Positions 1-11,575 of a stretch of DNA of 64,000 bases are shown here, in pieces. Origin of the DNA: Curvularia clavata (taxonomy: Eukaryota); contig CP089275.1 in the NCBI GenBank assembly GCA_023920165.1, forward strand, positions 1,736,001-1,800,000, in the 5' to 3' direction. The notes beneath the pieces are model-generated. The model did no database searches. It was not told where the DNA came from and saw only the letters and a list, made by a program, of their open reading frames with translations. The first letter of the stretch is position 1, and each line of letters starts with the position of its first letter. Position numbers and translations under genes: made by a program.

Positions 1-1
1 G

Positions 2-1600
2 CTCACTGTACGTGAGACTCTGCGTTATGCAGCTGGATTGCGTTTGCCAAAATGGATGTCTAAAGAGCAGAAGATTCAAAAGGCCGAAGAAATCCTCCTC
101 AAAATGGGTCTCAAGGATTGCGCAGACAACCTCATCGGCAACGATCTTGTCAAGGGCATCAGTGGTGGTGAGAAGCGTCGAGTTACGATTGCTGTGCAGA
201 TCCTGACTGAGCCGCGAGTGCTGTTGCTTGATGAACCTTTGTCAGGACTAGACGCATTCACGGCTCTTTCTATCATCGACGTGCTCCGTGGTCTAGCACA
301 AGAAGGCCGCACGCTCATAGTGACAATCCACCAGCCACGAAGTGACTTGTTTGGCCATTTTGGTAATGTTCTTCTGTTGGCACGCGGTGGACACCCAATC
401 TACGCAGGCCATTCTACCGACATGTTGCCTCACTTTGCAGGTCTAGGCTATGAATGCCCAGAACACGTCAACCCTGCTGACTTTGCTCTCGACCTTATTA
501 CAGTCGATCTCCAGCATGAAGCGCGCGAGGCGGCCAGTAGGAAGAAGGTGCGAAAGCTCATTCAATCGTGGAATGCCGATGCCTTCCCCATTGCTCGTAC
601 CGGCTCGATTACCACCCCTGCGGAATTGGGAAGTATGGCGCGGGAGCCGTCGTCATTCCTTGCAGCATACTCGATCCTGATCCGCCGCGCGACGAAGAAC
701 ATGTTTCGCCAACCAGATATTATCATTGCACGAATCATGCAAGTTGTGGGTCTGGGTCTCGTCCTTGCACTCTACTTCGCGCCTCTAAAAACCGATTATT
801 TCTCTGTGCAAAACAGACTCGGATTCTTGGTGGAAATTGCGCCACTCTATTTCGTTGGAAGTAAGTATTATTCTCTGTGAAGCACTGAATCTCCCTGACA
901 TCATGCAGTGCTGAACAATATCGCCGTTTATCCAACTGAAAGGGATGTGTTCTATCGGGACTACGACGACCGCGTCTACGGTGTAGAGGCATTCTTCCTC
1001 ACATACATCTCCATCACAACTCCTTTTGAAATCATCAGCTGCCTCGTCTTCTCAGTCCTTGCCGTCTTCGCCGTTGGCCTGGAACGTAATGCGCAAACAT
1101 ACTTCATCATCACCTTCAACGCCTTCTGCATCACCAGCTGTGGCGAGAGTTTGGGTATCGCTTTCAACACGCTCTTCACCCACACGGGATTTTCGGTCAA
1201 CTGCATGTCCGTCTTTCTCAGCGTTGCCCAGGTTATGGGAGGTGTTCTTTCACTCGATGTTCCCGATTTCTTGCAAGCTTGGAACCATCTTTCGCCCGTC
1301 AAGTGGGCAGTCGGAAACATGGCACCATTTACACTGCGCGGATTGAAATTTACTTGCGAAGATTGGCAGAGGGTCAACGGACAATGTCCCATTCAAACCG
1401 GAGAGCAGGTGCTTGACTTGTACAGGCTGAACAAGAACCCCAAGATGAACCTTATGGCGCTGGGTATCTGCGCTATCGTTTATCGCTTCCTTGCGTACGT
1501 TGTGTTGAAGATGGTCAAGGAAAGGTGGATCGGCAGACTGTGGAGGAAGATGGGTGGTGGCAAGAAGAAATATACTGCTCAGATAACGCATGATGAGTGA
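2..1600 (+). CDS. ABCG-family (White/YOL075C-like) ABC transporter, 3' part (NBD followed by TMD); 5' end lies outside the window
   Basis: Frame is open from position 2 (LTVRETLRYAAGLRLP). It has the ISGGEKRRV signature, Walker B LLLDEP, H-loop TIHQP and NPADF motif, followed by a multi-helix hydrophobic domain. Intron 861-908 (GTAAGT..CTGAC..CAG) joins ORFs 38-880 and 908-1600 in frame. Confidence 0.93.
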
Positions 1601-1860
1601 CGCGGGCATGTTGCGAATGTATGAAGAAATGTGTAATTGGTAATAATATTATGGAAATCAAATCATTCTGAAGAATTATGCTCTACATTGTCCTCATGAT
1701 GTTTGAAAAGATGCTCGATACAAAGAGGTCCGGAATGAATCGTAGTAATCACAACTCCACATCCAGACGGCAACCACGAAAATACAGCCAACATCTGCGC
1801 CCACACCAGCTAAAGAAGAAAGATAAGACCTTTCCGCCAACGCCCTCCCATCTAACCACT

Positions 1861-2877
1861 CTAAACCCTATGGCCCCATAGATGCAATGAATTTCCACCC
1901 ACCCTGTTCCTCGTATTATCCCACCCAGCATCCTTCATCGTCAGCACCTTTGACACCGCATCATTATACCTAAACGTCTGGCCCTTCTCCCAAAGCCCAT
2001 TCCCCAGCTCAATACACTCTGTAATTGCCGTATTCTCAAGTTGATCCTCTGGTACCCCATCATGGCAAATCTCAATCAATCGATTCAGCGCCGTGCTACT
2101 GGGCGCAGCCAGCTGCTCGATACCGAGCGTCGCACCTGGCGAAAGCCACGGACACACGTTGCCCGTGATGCGCATGAAGATGGTATGTTCTGCGGATTCT
2201 ACCAGCATAACGCCAGCAGGGATACCGCCGGGGATAGTAGAATGATCTGTTTGCGCAGGCTGGGCGTTGTGTCCTAGGTTTCCGTCGTGGATTAAGGGCG
2301 CAGGTCGATGGTGCTGCGACATCATACCGCCCATCATGGGCATCATCGCGGGTACCACGCCCGCAGCAGGCACGTTGCCAAAAGCGAGGCCAGCGCCCGC
2401 AGTCCAGAGGGGCGCGGCAGGTGCGAAAGGCGGGATCACGCCTGGCATGGCGCCAGGTGGCGGCGGCGGAATCGGTACTCCGTTCGCGTGCAAACCAAAA
2501 CCTATGCCGTACTGAGCATTGGGAATGAAGTTGCCAGCGCGAATAGGTGCAAGTGGTCCGCTACCCGCAGGCACGAAGCCGCCGCCCATGAGAAGCGGGT
2601 CCATGATGCCGAGGGGAGGAAAGACGGGTGGAAACGCACCTATGCCTAAGCCAAGAGGAGGAGCAATACCTATTGGTAAAGGAGGCCCGTAAACGGCGTT
2701 CTGGTGCTGTTCTTGGACGAGTACTTGGGCTGGGCCAGCTGCGGCAGCAGGGGCTGGAGCTGGAGCTGGCTGAGAGACTGGAGCGCCGAAGGGAGGGGGT
2801 GGAGGGTCGCGGTTTATGTTGGGGTTGTTGCCGACGTCGATGGGCCAGGAGTAACCGAGAGGAGGCCCGGCAGACAT
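1861..2877 (-). CDS. Pro/Gly/Ala-rich hypothetical protein (~338 aa) with a compact ~110 aa C-terminal domain
   Basis: Long single-exon ORF. Likely ATG at 2877 (MSAGPPLGYSW), with a TATA-like element near 3058-3068. The C-terminus looks globular (HTIFMRITGNVCPW..ECIELGNGLWEKGQTF..AGWD). Confidence 0.65.
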   Translation of the reverse strand: MSAGPPLGYSWPIDVGNNPNINRDPPPPPFGAPVSQPAPAPAPAAAAGPAQVLVQEQHQNAVYGPPLPIGIAPPLGLGIGAFPPVFPPLGIMDPLLMGGGFVPAGSGPLAPIRAGNFIPNAQYGIGFGLHANGVPIPPPPPGAMPGVIPPFAPAAPLWTAGAGLAFGNVPAAGVVPAMMPMMGGMMSQHHRPAPLIHDGNLGHNAQPAQTDHSTIPGGIPAGVMLVESAEHTIFMRITGNVCPWLSPGATLGIEQLAAPSSTALNRLIEICHDGVPEDQLENTAITECIELGNGLWEKGQTFRYNDAVSKVLTMKDAGWDNTRNRVGGNSLHLWGHRV

Positions 2878-3663
2878 TGATGATGAGAGGAGATGGTGGT
2901 TTAGGAAGGGGGTTGACGGTGAAGATGCGTGTTCAGCGAAGTTGAGGGAATAGCATATGTTACAGCTTCGAAGAGAGTATCTCTTTGGTGCGCCACTGTG
3001 ACTGGAGAAACAATGGAGAGAGCGAGGCAAGTGCGAAAGGGGGACACCGTGTTGGCCATTTATATATACATGTCAATGCTGAGAGTGTATTAGGTGCGGG
3101 TGCGATATGTGAAGATGAAGGTGATGGTTTTGCGAACAGCCCGTCGTTCACATAGTATTGTTGTGGCTGACAGAAACTCTTCAATTCAAGTGTAAGTGTG
3201 ACGGAGGAAATTAGATTTTTGACCAACGATCATGTCGGCGTGGCCTCCTATCAGCCAAACGGCCGCAACATGCTGACTGCTCTTGAATATAGCTCAGCGT
3301 TCTTAGTAAACGGGTGAACGAGAGGAGCATCAGCCGCATAGATCAACAAACCTAACTACTAGCTTTGGGAGTCTCTCCTGTAATTGTGTAAAGGGAACAA
3401 TCGAGGTGAACACAATCGAGTGACATAGACACGAATATGGGGACTCGGACGTTTGAGATATATACATTCAAAGTAAGCCGTAATATGCTTTAACTGATGG
3501 GCCAAAGCAACACAACCGTGCGATTGAAAGGCATGGGCGTTATGCAAGAGATATGTACATTGAAGTAGAATAGAACTCATGGTTCGAAAGAGGACCAGCC
3601 GAAAAAAAGGTTCTCAAACCATCTCAGTGCTCACTCAGCAGCGTAGCACATGATTCAACACAC

Positions 3664-4434
3664 TTAGTATGTTGCGACCTTGGGGCCGGGAACAACGTAG
3701 CTCTTGAAGTTGTTGTAGATGTTGGCAGTGTAGCCAGAGTCGGTGGACTTGACGTGGCCAGGGATCTTAGTAGTAGGAGAAGGCTTGCCGCTGCCGCCAC
3801 CAGTAACCTTGAGCTGCGCGCAGGAGATGTAGAACTGAGGTGGGCTGCCGGGGTTGTGGATACCGAGCTGCTCGATGCGGAGGAGGTACTCTCCAGCAGA
3901 GAGCTGAGATGGGATGGTGACCGAGTAGGTGGCTGTGTCGTTATTAGTAAGAGTCTAAGAACATTTCCCAAAATCTTTGGCTTACACTCCAAATCCCACT
4001 TGGCCTGGCCGCTGGAGAAGTCAGGACCAATCTCCTTGATCTTGAACCAGTCACTGGAGCCATCGGCGGCAGCAGCAGAGTCGACCTTGGTCATGTAGAA
4101 AGAGACAGGTCCCTGGTGGTAGACAGCCTGGTCGGCAGTGAAGGAGACAGACGAGCCAGCAGCGACTGAGACAGTGGTGGTTCCACTGCCGCTGTTTCCG
4201 TTGACGTTGCAACGAAGGTTCTTGTCTGCCAAGTCGGTGACAGGGCTGTTGTTAGGCACAGGCCTGATGTTCTGGAAGACAGCACCCTTGGCACCGTTGG
4301 CTGTAAGGACCTGGAAGATGTCTTTCGGTCTGTTAGCGGATGACTCGTCCTACACAGGGGTGCATCGTACAGTGAGCCTGAGCAACCTCAGTGAGAGCCG
4401 CCAGGGCTACAGTGGCAACAGCGAAGCACTTCAT
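3664..4434 (-). CDS. AA9 (GH61) lytic polysaccharide monooxygenase, secreted, no CBM1; exons 4434-4371, 4321-3986, 3932-3664
   Basis: Signal peptide [20 protein letters not shown] is followed by His1 (HYIFQ). Also present: NSPVTDL..LRCN, second His in [31 protein letters not shown] and YVVPGP. Introns 4370-4322 and 3985-3933 have canonical donor, branch and acceptor. Confidence 0.95.
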
Positions 4435-5913
4435 GATTGATGTGGGAAGGGAGAGGATTGGTGAGGCAGGTAAGGAATGTGATGAAGGCGTTGATGGTCT
4501 TGGATGGAGAATGCAAGGCGAACTCCTCCTGAGGTTTTATACACATCTTGATGCCCCCCAAAGGCTTTTCATCACATATTGCGCCGTTCCATGCATGTCC
4601 ATAGTAGATTCGACACTGTGTATTGATTGGATCGGTTGTGAAACTTGAAATGAAAACACGTCACAGGACAGGTACACTCCGGTTCTCCATACTGGTAGCG
4701 AGGCCGGGACGTGAGGCAGGTTGTGGAGACTGACTACCGGCAGCGGTTGGCCGAGATCCGCTCCAGAGACGTCCTGGCGACACCCTTTCAGGAACAGTGT
4801 GTGACTTCACGGCTAGTAATATTGCATGTATAGTATTTAGTAATCTATATGAACGGTTCCAGGACATGCACGTGTCAGTGGAGGTAGTCGAACAAATAAG
4901 AATGGCCAAATCGGTAAACAGTTGTGGGTCTACGCAAGTCACGAAACCGGATTGGCGCCCATGTGGGACAGAATAATTCTCGATGTTGAAGATAGATTAA
5001 TATGTGGGTTAATATGTTTAAATTGGCATGGGTCTAGCTAGAACGGAGCACGCGAACCGGTCGAAGGAAAAAGGAAGCAACACCGACCTCCCAGTCGCCC
5101 AGCCTTGCGTTTGGAATTCGTACTCACTACGGCAAATTGTGTAATCTCTGGGCGAGTGTTTGAGGATGCGCTCCTGTGCTTGGATCGCGAGTCAGTGACG
5201 GCTTGATGTGGCTGAAGTTTTGGTCATGCACGCTTTCCAGGCGGTGCCAAGGAAGGAGTTGTGAGAGCATCGCTCTTGGCTGCGATATCATGGTTGTAGT
5301 TCACGTCGTTCTTGCTGTCTATAGAAATATCGTAAATATTGTGAAGACGTGTTGGGGTGTTGGTTGTTTCGCCGATCGTCCTGGTTCCAGTTTTCCTGTT
5401 TCAGAGCAATGGATGTGGATATTTCAGGAAGAAAAACGAAAATCAAGACCTGCAACTTTTGGACGCCTGCCACACGCGACTGCGGAATGTATGGATATGC
5501 CAAGCCCACAACATGTTCAAAAGAAACGCTTTGGACGTTCGTGCTCTGAGATTGCACGACTAGAGATACGGTCTAGGTGCCTATCTAGAGTCGGAGCCAT
5601 GATGTTGGGACTATTAAAAAGAGTGTGGAGCAAATGGTAGATGGTTTTCATCCGCAATACATCATTTTAAGACGCGCTATCGCACTCAGCAGTGTGTCGT
5701 CTTGCGTATAGGCTGAAGGTTGATGGACAAAATGGGTAGACGGTTGCTAAGTGGCAGACAAAAGCTCGCGCTGTATCCACCTAGGTCTTGAAGAGTGGTC
5801 ATTGTATGACCTAAAATGACTGGGAGTTCTACATGATAGGATGCTGCAAAGGGCATGTCGCTTACTAAGACTGGATTCACACCTTCATGGCAGTGCTCCC
5901 GTTGCAAATCCGT

Positions 5914-6185
5914 CTCTCGGACAATCGGTAAAACCGAATATCCCAGAACAAGCGGCTTTTCCCACCAAAACTCAGCACTTTTATCATAAATTGTTTCTAC
6001 AGCTGCACATTTGTTTTAGAATTTCAATAGCTAGTATTAGAACATAAAGCTAGAATTTACACATATAAAAGTTTTAATAGACAATATTAAGAGTATCGTG
6101 CTACATAATTTTTCAAAGTAAGCGGCCTTACAGAAGCACCCTCTCACCACCTAAGTTTTATCCGGCTTTACCAGTTGTCCGAGAG
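5914..6185. mobile_element. MITE-like non-autonomous DNA transposon remnant (272 bp)
   Basis: TIRs at 5914-5940 (CTCTCGGACAATCGGTAAAACCGAATA) and 6159-6185 (reverse complement CTCTCGGACAACTGGTAAAGCCGGATA) match at 23/27 positions. The direct repeat TCCGT flanks both ends (5909-5913, 6186-6190). The interior is AT/TpA-rich. Confidence 0.75.
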
Positions 6186-6301
6186 TCCGTAGCTTTGCAT
6201 GCCTGCAATGTTCCTCGGAAGGCCGATAGGTTATTTCAGTCTTTAGGAGAAAAACCGAACCCCACACGCAACCAGCCCACTGAGCTAGAGCGGGGTCAAG
6301 T

Positions 6302-6549
6302 GCACACGTGATTCGTCTGCATTTTTGGCCTCAAGGGTGTATAGACATGTACTACGAATCTGGCAAGTCCTTGCGACTGTTCGCACACATGATTCGTCTA
6401 CACTTTTGGGCTCAAGGGTGTAAAGATGTATGCTGTGGATCGGGAATTCCTCGCGGCAGTTCGCACACGTGATTTGTCTACACTTTCGGCCTCAAGGGTA
6501 TGTAGACGTATACTACGAATCTGGCAAGTCCTCGCGGCCGTCTGCACAC
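6302..6549. repeat. Tandem repeat of 3 units (81/80/81 bp) plus a partial fourth
   Basis: Units start with GCACAC at 6302, 6383, 6463 and 6544. They share TGATTYGTCT..CTCAAGGGT, and units 1 and 3 also share TACTACGAATCTGGCAAGTCCT. Confidence 0.9.
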
Positions 6550-6714
6550 TACAGGTAGACGACCCACTTTCTTATCACTTGCTATGCTGTACTAGGTAAG
6601 AAGCATTTGAGGTCTACGATTGCACAAGGTCAGATATAAATGCTGTCCTTCTCCAATCTGCTCTGGAATTTTTAAATTCAACATCGCATTTGTGTTGTTG
6701 CGTATTCAAGCAAG

Positions 6715-8857
6715 ATGTCCACAGAACACGCCACCAGCCCATCGCCAAGGAGCACAAAGTCGGCTCCTTCGCACCCTCTTGCCCCGCTATCGGCAACAGA
6801 GCTTAAAAATGCTGCGGCAATCATCAAAGCATCGTGGCCAGCGCATACGGATCTGCACTTCAAGGTCGTGACATTGGAAGAGCCGCCCAAGAGCGAGGTC
6901 CTGAAATACTTGGAAGCCGAACATGGTGGCAAAGCATTGCCTTCTATCCCGAGAAAGGCATTCATCAACTACTACATCCGAAACACGGTATGTTATGCGT
7001 CAGCGGTGTCTGCATGTATATGTGGCTAATTATTAATAACAGAGCAAATTCCACGAGGCCATTGTCGACTTGACATCGGGCCGTGTCGAACGCAATGTTC
7101 TCCTAGGACCGTTTATGCATGCAAATGGTGACGGAGACGAGATCATTGCCATTGAAAAGGCTGCACTTGCGGATCCAAAAGTGCAAGCGGAAATCGCCAA
7201 ACTTGAACTTCCAGAAGGCACTGTGGTTATTAGCGATCCTTGGATTTACGGTTCTGATGGTATCGGCGACGAAGAGAGACTCTACCAGTGCTTCCTGTAT
7301 CTGAGGGACCCGATGAACTCATCGGAGGCGGATTCAAATCACTATGCGATGCCGCTGCCAATTTCGCCGGTGGTCAGTACGGAGACCATGAAGGTCATTC
7401 GTGTAGACTTGCTGCCAACCGGAGCCGACAACACCATCAAGCCGGTGGAGAAGTACAAGATACAGCCACCCAACGAATACATTCCCGAGGCACAAAAGTT
7501 GCGAACCGATCTCAAGCCCCTGAACGTAATCCAGCCTGAAGGCGCGAGCTTCCAGGTCCAACAACAGGGCACATCGAACGTCCTTTCGTGGCAAAAGTGG
7601 CAGTTCAGGGTTGGTTTCAACCAGCGAGAGGGAATGGTACTTTATGACGTTCGATACGACAACCGCAGCCTGTTCTACCGGCTGAGTCTGAGCGACATGA
7701 ACATTCCGTATGCCGACCCGCGCCACCCATATCACAAGAAGAGCGCTTTCGATTTGGGCGATGCTGGTGCTGGTATCATGGCGAACAATCTGAAGCTTGG
7801 TTGTGACTGCCTGGGTTCCATTTACTACCTTAGTGCGGTCTTGTCAGACGACAAGGGTGGTGTCATTGATATGCCGAACGTGGTATGTATCCACGAGCAG
7901 GATGCAGGAATTGGCTTTAAGCACACCAACTACCGCACTGGTCGCGCAGTTGTCACTCGAAGCCGAGAGTTGGTGCTCCAGAGCATCATCACTGTCAGCA
8001 ATTACGAGTACATCCTTGCCTTTATCTTCAACCAGGCCGGAGAAGTCAGTTACGAGATCAGAGCAACTGGTATCCTGAGCACACAACCGATTGACGAAGG
8101 TGTCGAGGTACCTTTCGGTACAGTTGTTCATCCCGGCGTGCTTGCAGTCCACCACCAACACATCTTTTCGCTGCGCGTCGACCCCATGATTGATGGTTAC
8201 GACAACCGTCTAGTGTACGACGAAGCATTTCCTATGCCCCGATCAGACTGGAATCCCCATGGGACAGGGTACTTTGTTCAAGAGACAGTTGTCGAGAAAT
8301 CCGGGGGTTACGACATTGCATACGAGAACAACCGGACATTCAAAATCCAGAACCCGAACGTGCGGAACCCGGTCAATGGGAAGCCCGTGGCATACAAGAT
8401 TCAGGCGCCTCCGTTCCAGAAAATCCTATCGGACAAGGACAGCTTCAACTACAAGCGCGCCGAGTTTTCTGATCACAATGTCTATGTTGTTAAATACCGA
8501 GACGGCGAACTGTACGCAGGCGGCACTTACACCAACCAGTCACGAGGAGGAACCGGTGTGCGTTCATGGGCGGAGAGGAACGAGGATGTCAAGGATACCG
8601 ACTTTGTTGTGTACATCCAGGCAGGCATCAACCATGTTCCTAGGATTGAAGATTTCCCGGTCATGCCATGTGAGATTTTGAAGATTCACATGAAACCGGT
8701 CAACTTTTTCGACAAGAACCCCGCGCTGGACGTTCCACCGAGCGAGCAGGCGTTCAACAAGAGCAGCCTGCTGAGCGAGCAGCATCACCAGCCTAGTGTG
8801 ACTGCGACAGTGGGCAAGGATGGCGAATGTTGTGCACCAAAGGGCGCGAAATTGTAA
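6715..8857 (+). CDS. Copper amine oxidase (TPQ-dependent), probably peroxisomal; exons 6715-6987 and 7043-8857
   Basis: HPLAPLS N-terminal motif, AFDLGD active-site Asp region, LGCDCLG, TVSNYEY (N-Y-E TPQ consensus), copper ligands HHQH and NHVPR, EDFPVMP, and C-terminal -AKL (PTS1-type). Intron 6988-7042 (GTATGT..CTAAT..CAG). Confidence 0.96.
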
Positions 8858-9165
8858 AATTGGACACGGGAGATGTAATGTTTTATGAGCATATGCCAGT
8901 ATTTTAGAATAGTATTAGTATGTAAACGATGAGATGACCAAGAACCTGACTTGATTACCCTCATGTGAAGGCTTGTGAGAGAACAGGGCTGACGCGCGTG
9001 GCCGGGGTGTGACGCGCCAAGCCCTGGCTACTACCATAGCTCAAAGGCCGTGGCTGCTCAAAGCAACGTCCACCGTCTTCGTCATTCCTGCATCCATTTG
9101 CTCAGCACTGGCTTTTGCACACTCCTGCACACAGCGCTCTACTCGGCAATTGTATTCAAGACACC

Positions 9166-10176
9166 ATGGCGCCCAACGACAAGGCGGGCCGAGTGGTTTT
9201 CATAGGAAACATTCCCTACGGTATGCGACAATGCGACTCCAACACGCGAGCTCACTACTGACATGTTCAAACAGGGGGAACTGAAGAACTCATTGTCGAA
9301 ACCCTCGGTCGCGTCGGACAGGTGAACAATTTCCGGCTGGTGTATGACAAGGAGACGGGACGACCCAAGGGCTTTGGCTTCGCAGAGTTCGCCGACGCTG
9401 ATGCAGCCGCCTCGGCTGTACGCAACCTCAACGACTACGAGCTCATGGGACGGAAGTTGAGGGTGGACTGGTCTAACGAGAGCGGCTCCGGCGACAACGC
9501 GCCCCCCAACCAGAGTGGGCAGCCGCCCATGGGCATGAACGGCCAGCCAGCAGCAGTAGCTCCGCCAGCGCAGCCATCAAGCACACTGGGACCGCTGCCG
9601 CCAGGTGTCGAAGTGCCACCCAACCTCACTTGCCCCGATGCCATCTCGCGCACTCTGGCAACGCTTCCGCCCGACCAGTTGCTCGATATTCTCTCACAAA
9701 TGAAGGGTCTTGTCATGACGGACCCGGCCAAGGCAACAGAGCTGCTTCGCCAAGCGCCGCAATTAGCATACGCTATTTTCCAGTCGCTGCTTCTCCTGCA
9801 GCTAGTTGACCCTCAGATCCTGGCGACACTCGTGGAGACGTCGGCTGCGCCAGCGGCAGCTGCGCCAGCTCCACCTGTTCAGCCAGTCCAGCAACCACCG
9901 CCGCAAGTTGGACGACCTCCGGTGAACTATGCTGGATATCCACCACAGGTCGCACCCACACCTCCACAGCCCCAGGCGCCTGCTCCACAAGCATACGCAC
10001 AACCTCCACAAGCAGCGCAACCAGCACAGCAGCCACCGGCTCTGGACCAGCAGGCGCTGTACGCACAGGTCATGGCTCTCACGCCGCAGCAGATTGACCA
10101 ACTGACACCAGAATATCGGGCGCAGATTATGCAGATTCGACAAATGCTCATGGGTCAAATGCCAGGAGGACAGTGA
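9166..10176 (+). CDS. RNA15: mRNA 3'-end processing RRM protein, Rna15/CstF-64 family; exons 9166-9220 and 9275-10176
   Basis: RRM (VVFIGNIPY, FRLVYDKETGRPKGFGFAEF, AVRNLNDYELMGRKLRVD), hinge domain (DAISRTLATLPP..PQLAYAIFQ), P/Q-rich linker, and C-terminal VMALTPQQIDQL..IMQIR. Intron 9221-9274. Confidence 0.9.
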
Positions 10177-11575
10177 TAAACAAGAGATTTGATGCGGGCC
10201 GGCCTTGGTTTGAGGGGCAGCAGGTTCCACGACTAATGCTCCAAAGGGTCTGCAACACCTAGATACATTGTAATACGCGCAAGGAAAAAGAGGGACCGAC
10301 CTTGGCCATGGCGCTTTGTGGAATTGACTGGCGGTCCAATGATATGCGCATGGCAGCGTGCAGATGGATTGATCAGGTTCAGAAACTGTTGGAGCGCGCC
10401 TTGCACACGTCAAACCATCATGTAGAAGCAGGATGGGATTTGGCAATGGCTGGAGCGGACGTTGGTTGAAGGCACGGAGTTGTAGCACATCTGGGATGAT
10501 TGACGCCACAGACGGCACGACTCACAGCATGAAGGAAGAGAGTGTGGTGGGGTTCGCTTGGGCCGCAATTTCCACCGGACACTTGAGTGTATTTTTTTTT
10601 TCGTGGCAGGGTGACCATGCAGGATTGCGTCCATGTTTGATTAGTCTCCCACTAGAAGCCCGGTGAGGGCGGCACCAATAGCGGAATAATGAAAAAGTAG
10701 TAGACACAACGCAAGCTGGCTGGGTGGTTTTTTTCCTTTTTATTTGCTTTTTTTTCATCTGCGACGCGAACTTGGCGGCACAATAGCAGAGATGGAACAG
10801 GTGGGACCATTTGGGCCAGGTGGACTGGGCTAGTGGGAGAACAAGAGGCCAATGCATGTTGGCAGATGGGGCAAGATTTGCACTGTGCAGGGCTGGCAGA
10901 GATAGCGACCGGTGGACAGATATCCAGGCAGCGTGATGATGAGCATGTGCATCGATGCAGACAGCGACATGAGTGGGCACGGTCGCTTCGCAGTCGACGT
11001 GGTTGCGGTTGACGCGCCCGCACGGCGATGTTGTGCGACGGCCAACAGCCCACAGCCAGCAGACGAGCCCTGCTCTGTCGTGGGCGGCGAACAGGGCAGC
11101 GCGGAGAGCGACGACCCCAGGCTATGATCCGCACGAAGGAGCATTTGGCTGGCGCGTCGCCATTGGACCAGCCTCGCCTCGCCTCCAGCCCATCCATGAT
11201 CGGGCTAACCCTTGCCGCCAGGCCAGGCCAGCTCACTCTGGGCGCCCGGGCTAGCAGGCCATCTCAGCTGCCTTCTACTACCTCATCATTGTTGGCGACG
11301 ACGACGCCGAGCGGCTGCTCCCCCCTCCCATCATCGTTTTGGCATTGCGCGCATCTCTTGCCGGCTTGTAATTTTGCTGCCTGCCTTCTGTACCAATACC
11401 GTTACGACATGACGATTTGAACGAATCTCAATCATCCTTCCATCTCATCTTGCAAGCTCTACAGCGATATACCCAGCAGCCCCGTCCAAAGCTTCATCCC
11501 GTTTGCGCCCAACCCATTGCCCGCCCTGCGTCCTCATAACCGCCCACCCGCGCCCTTTGCGCTGCATCCATCATC

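Noticed and set aside
6302..6549. CRISPR-like array
   Set aside because: The units are contiguous and similar along their whole length, with no unique spacers, no cas genes, and a eukaryotic context.
3664..8857. Functional H2O2 coupling between the divergent copper enzymes (amine oxidase feeding the LPMO)
   Set aside because: The oxidase has a PTS1-type -AKL end and no signal peptide, while the LPMO is secreted. Adjacency alone is insufficient.
10200..11570. Cluster of short overlapping ORFs upstream of the giant gene
   Set aside because: This is GC-rich intergenic or promoter sequence with no motifs and no consistent exon structure.
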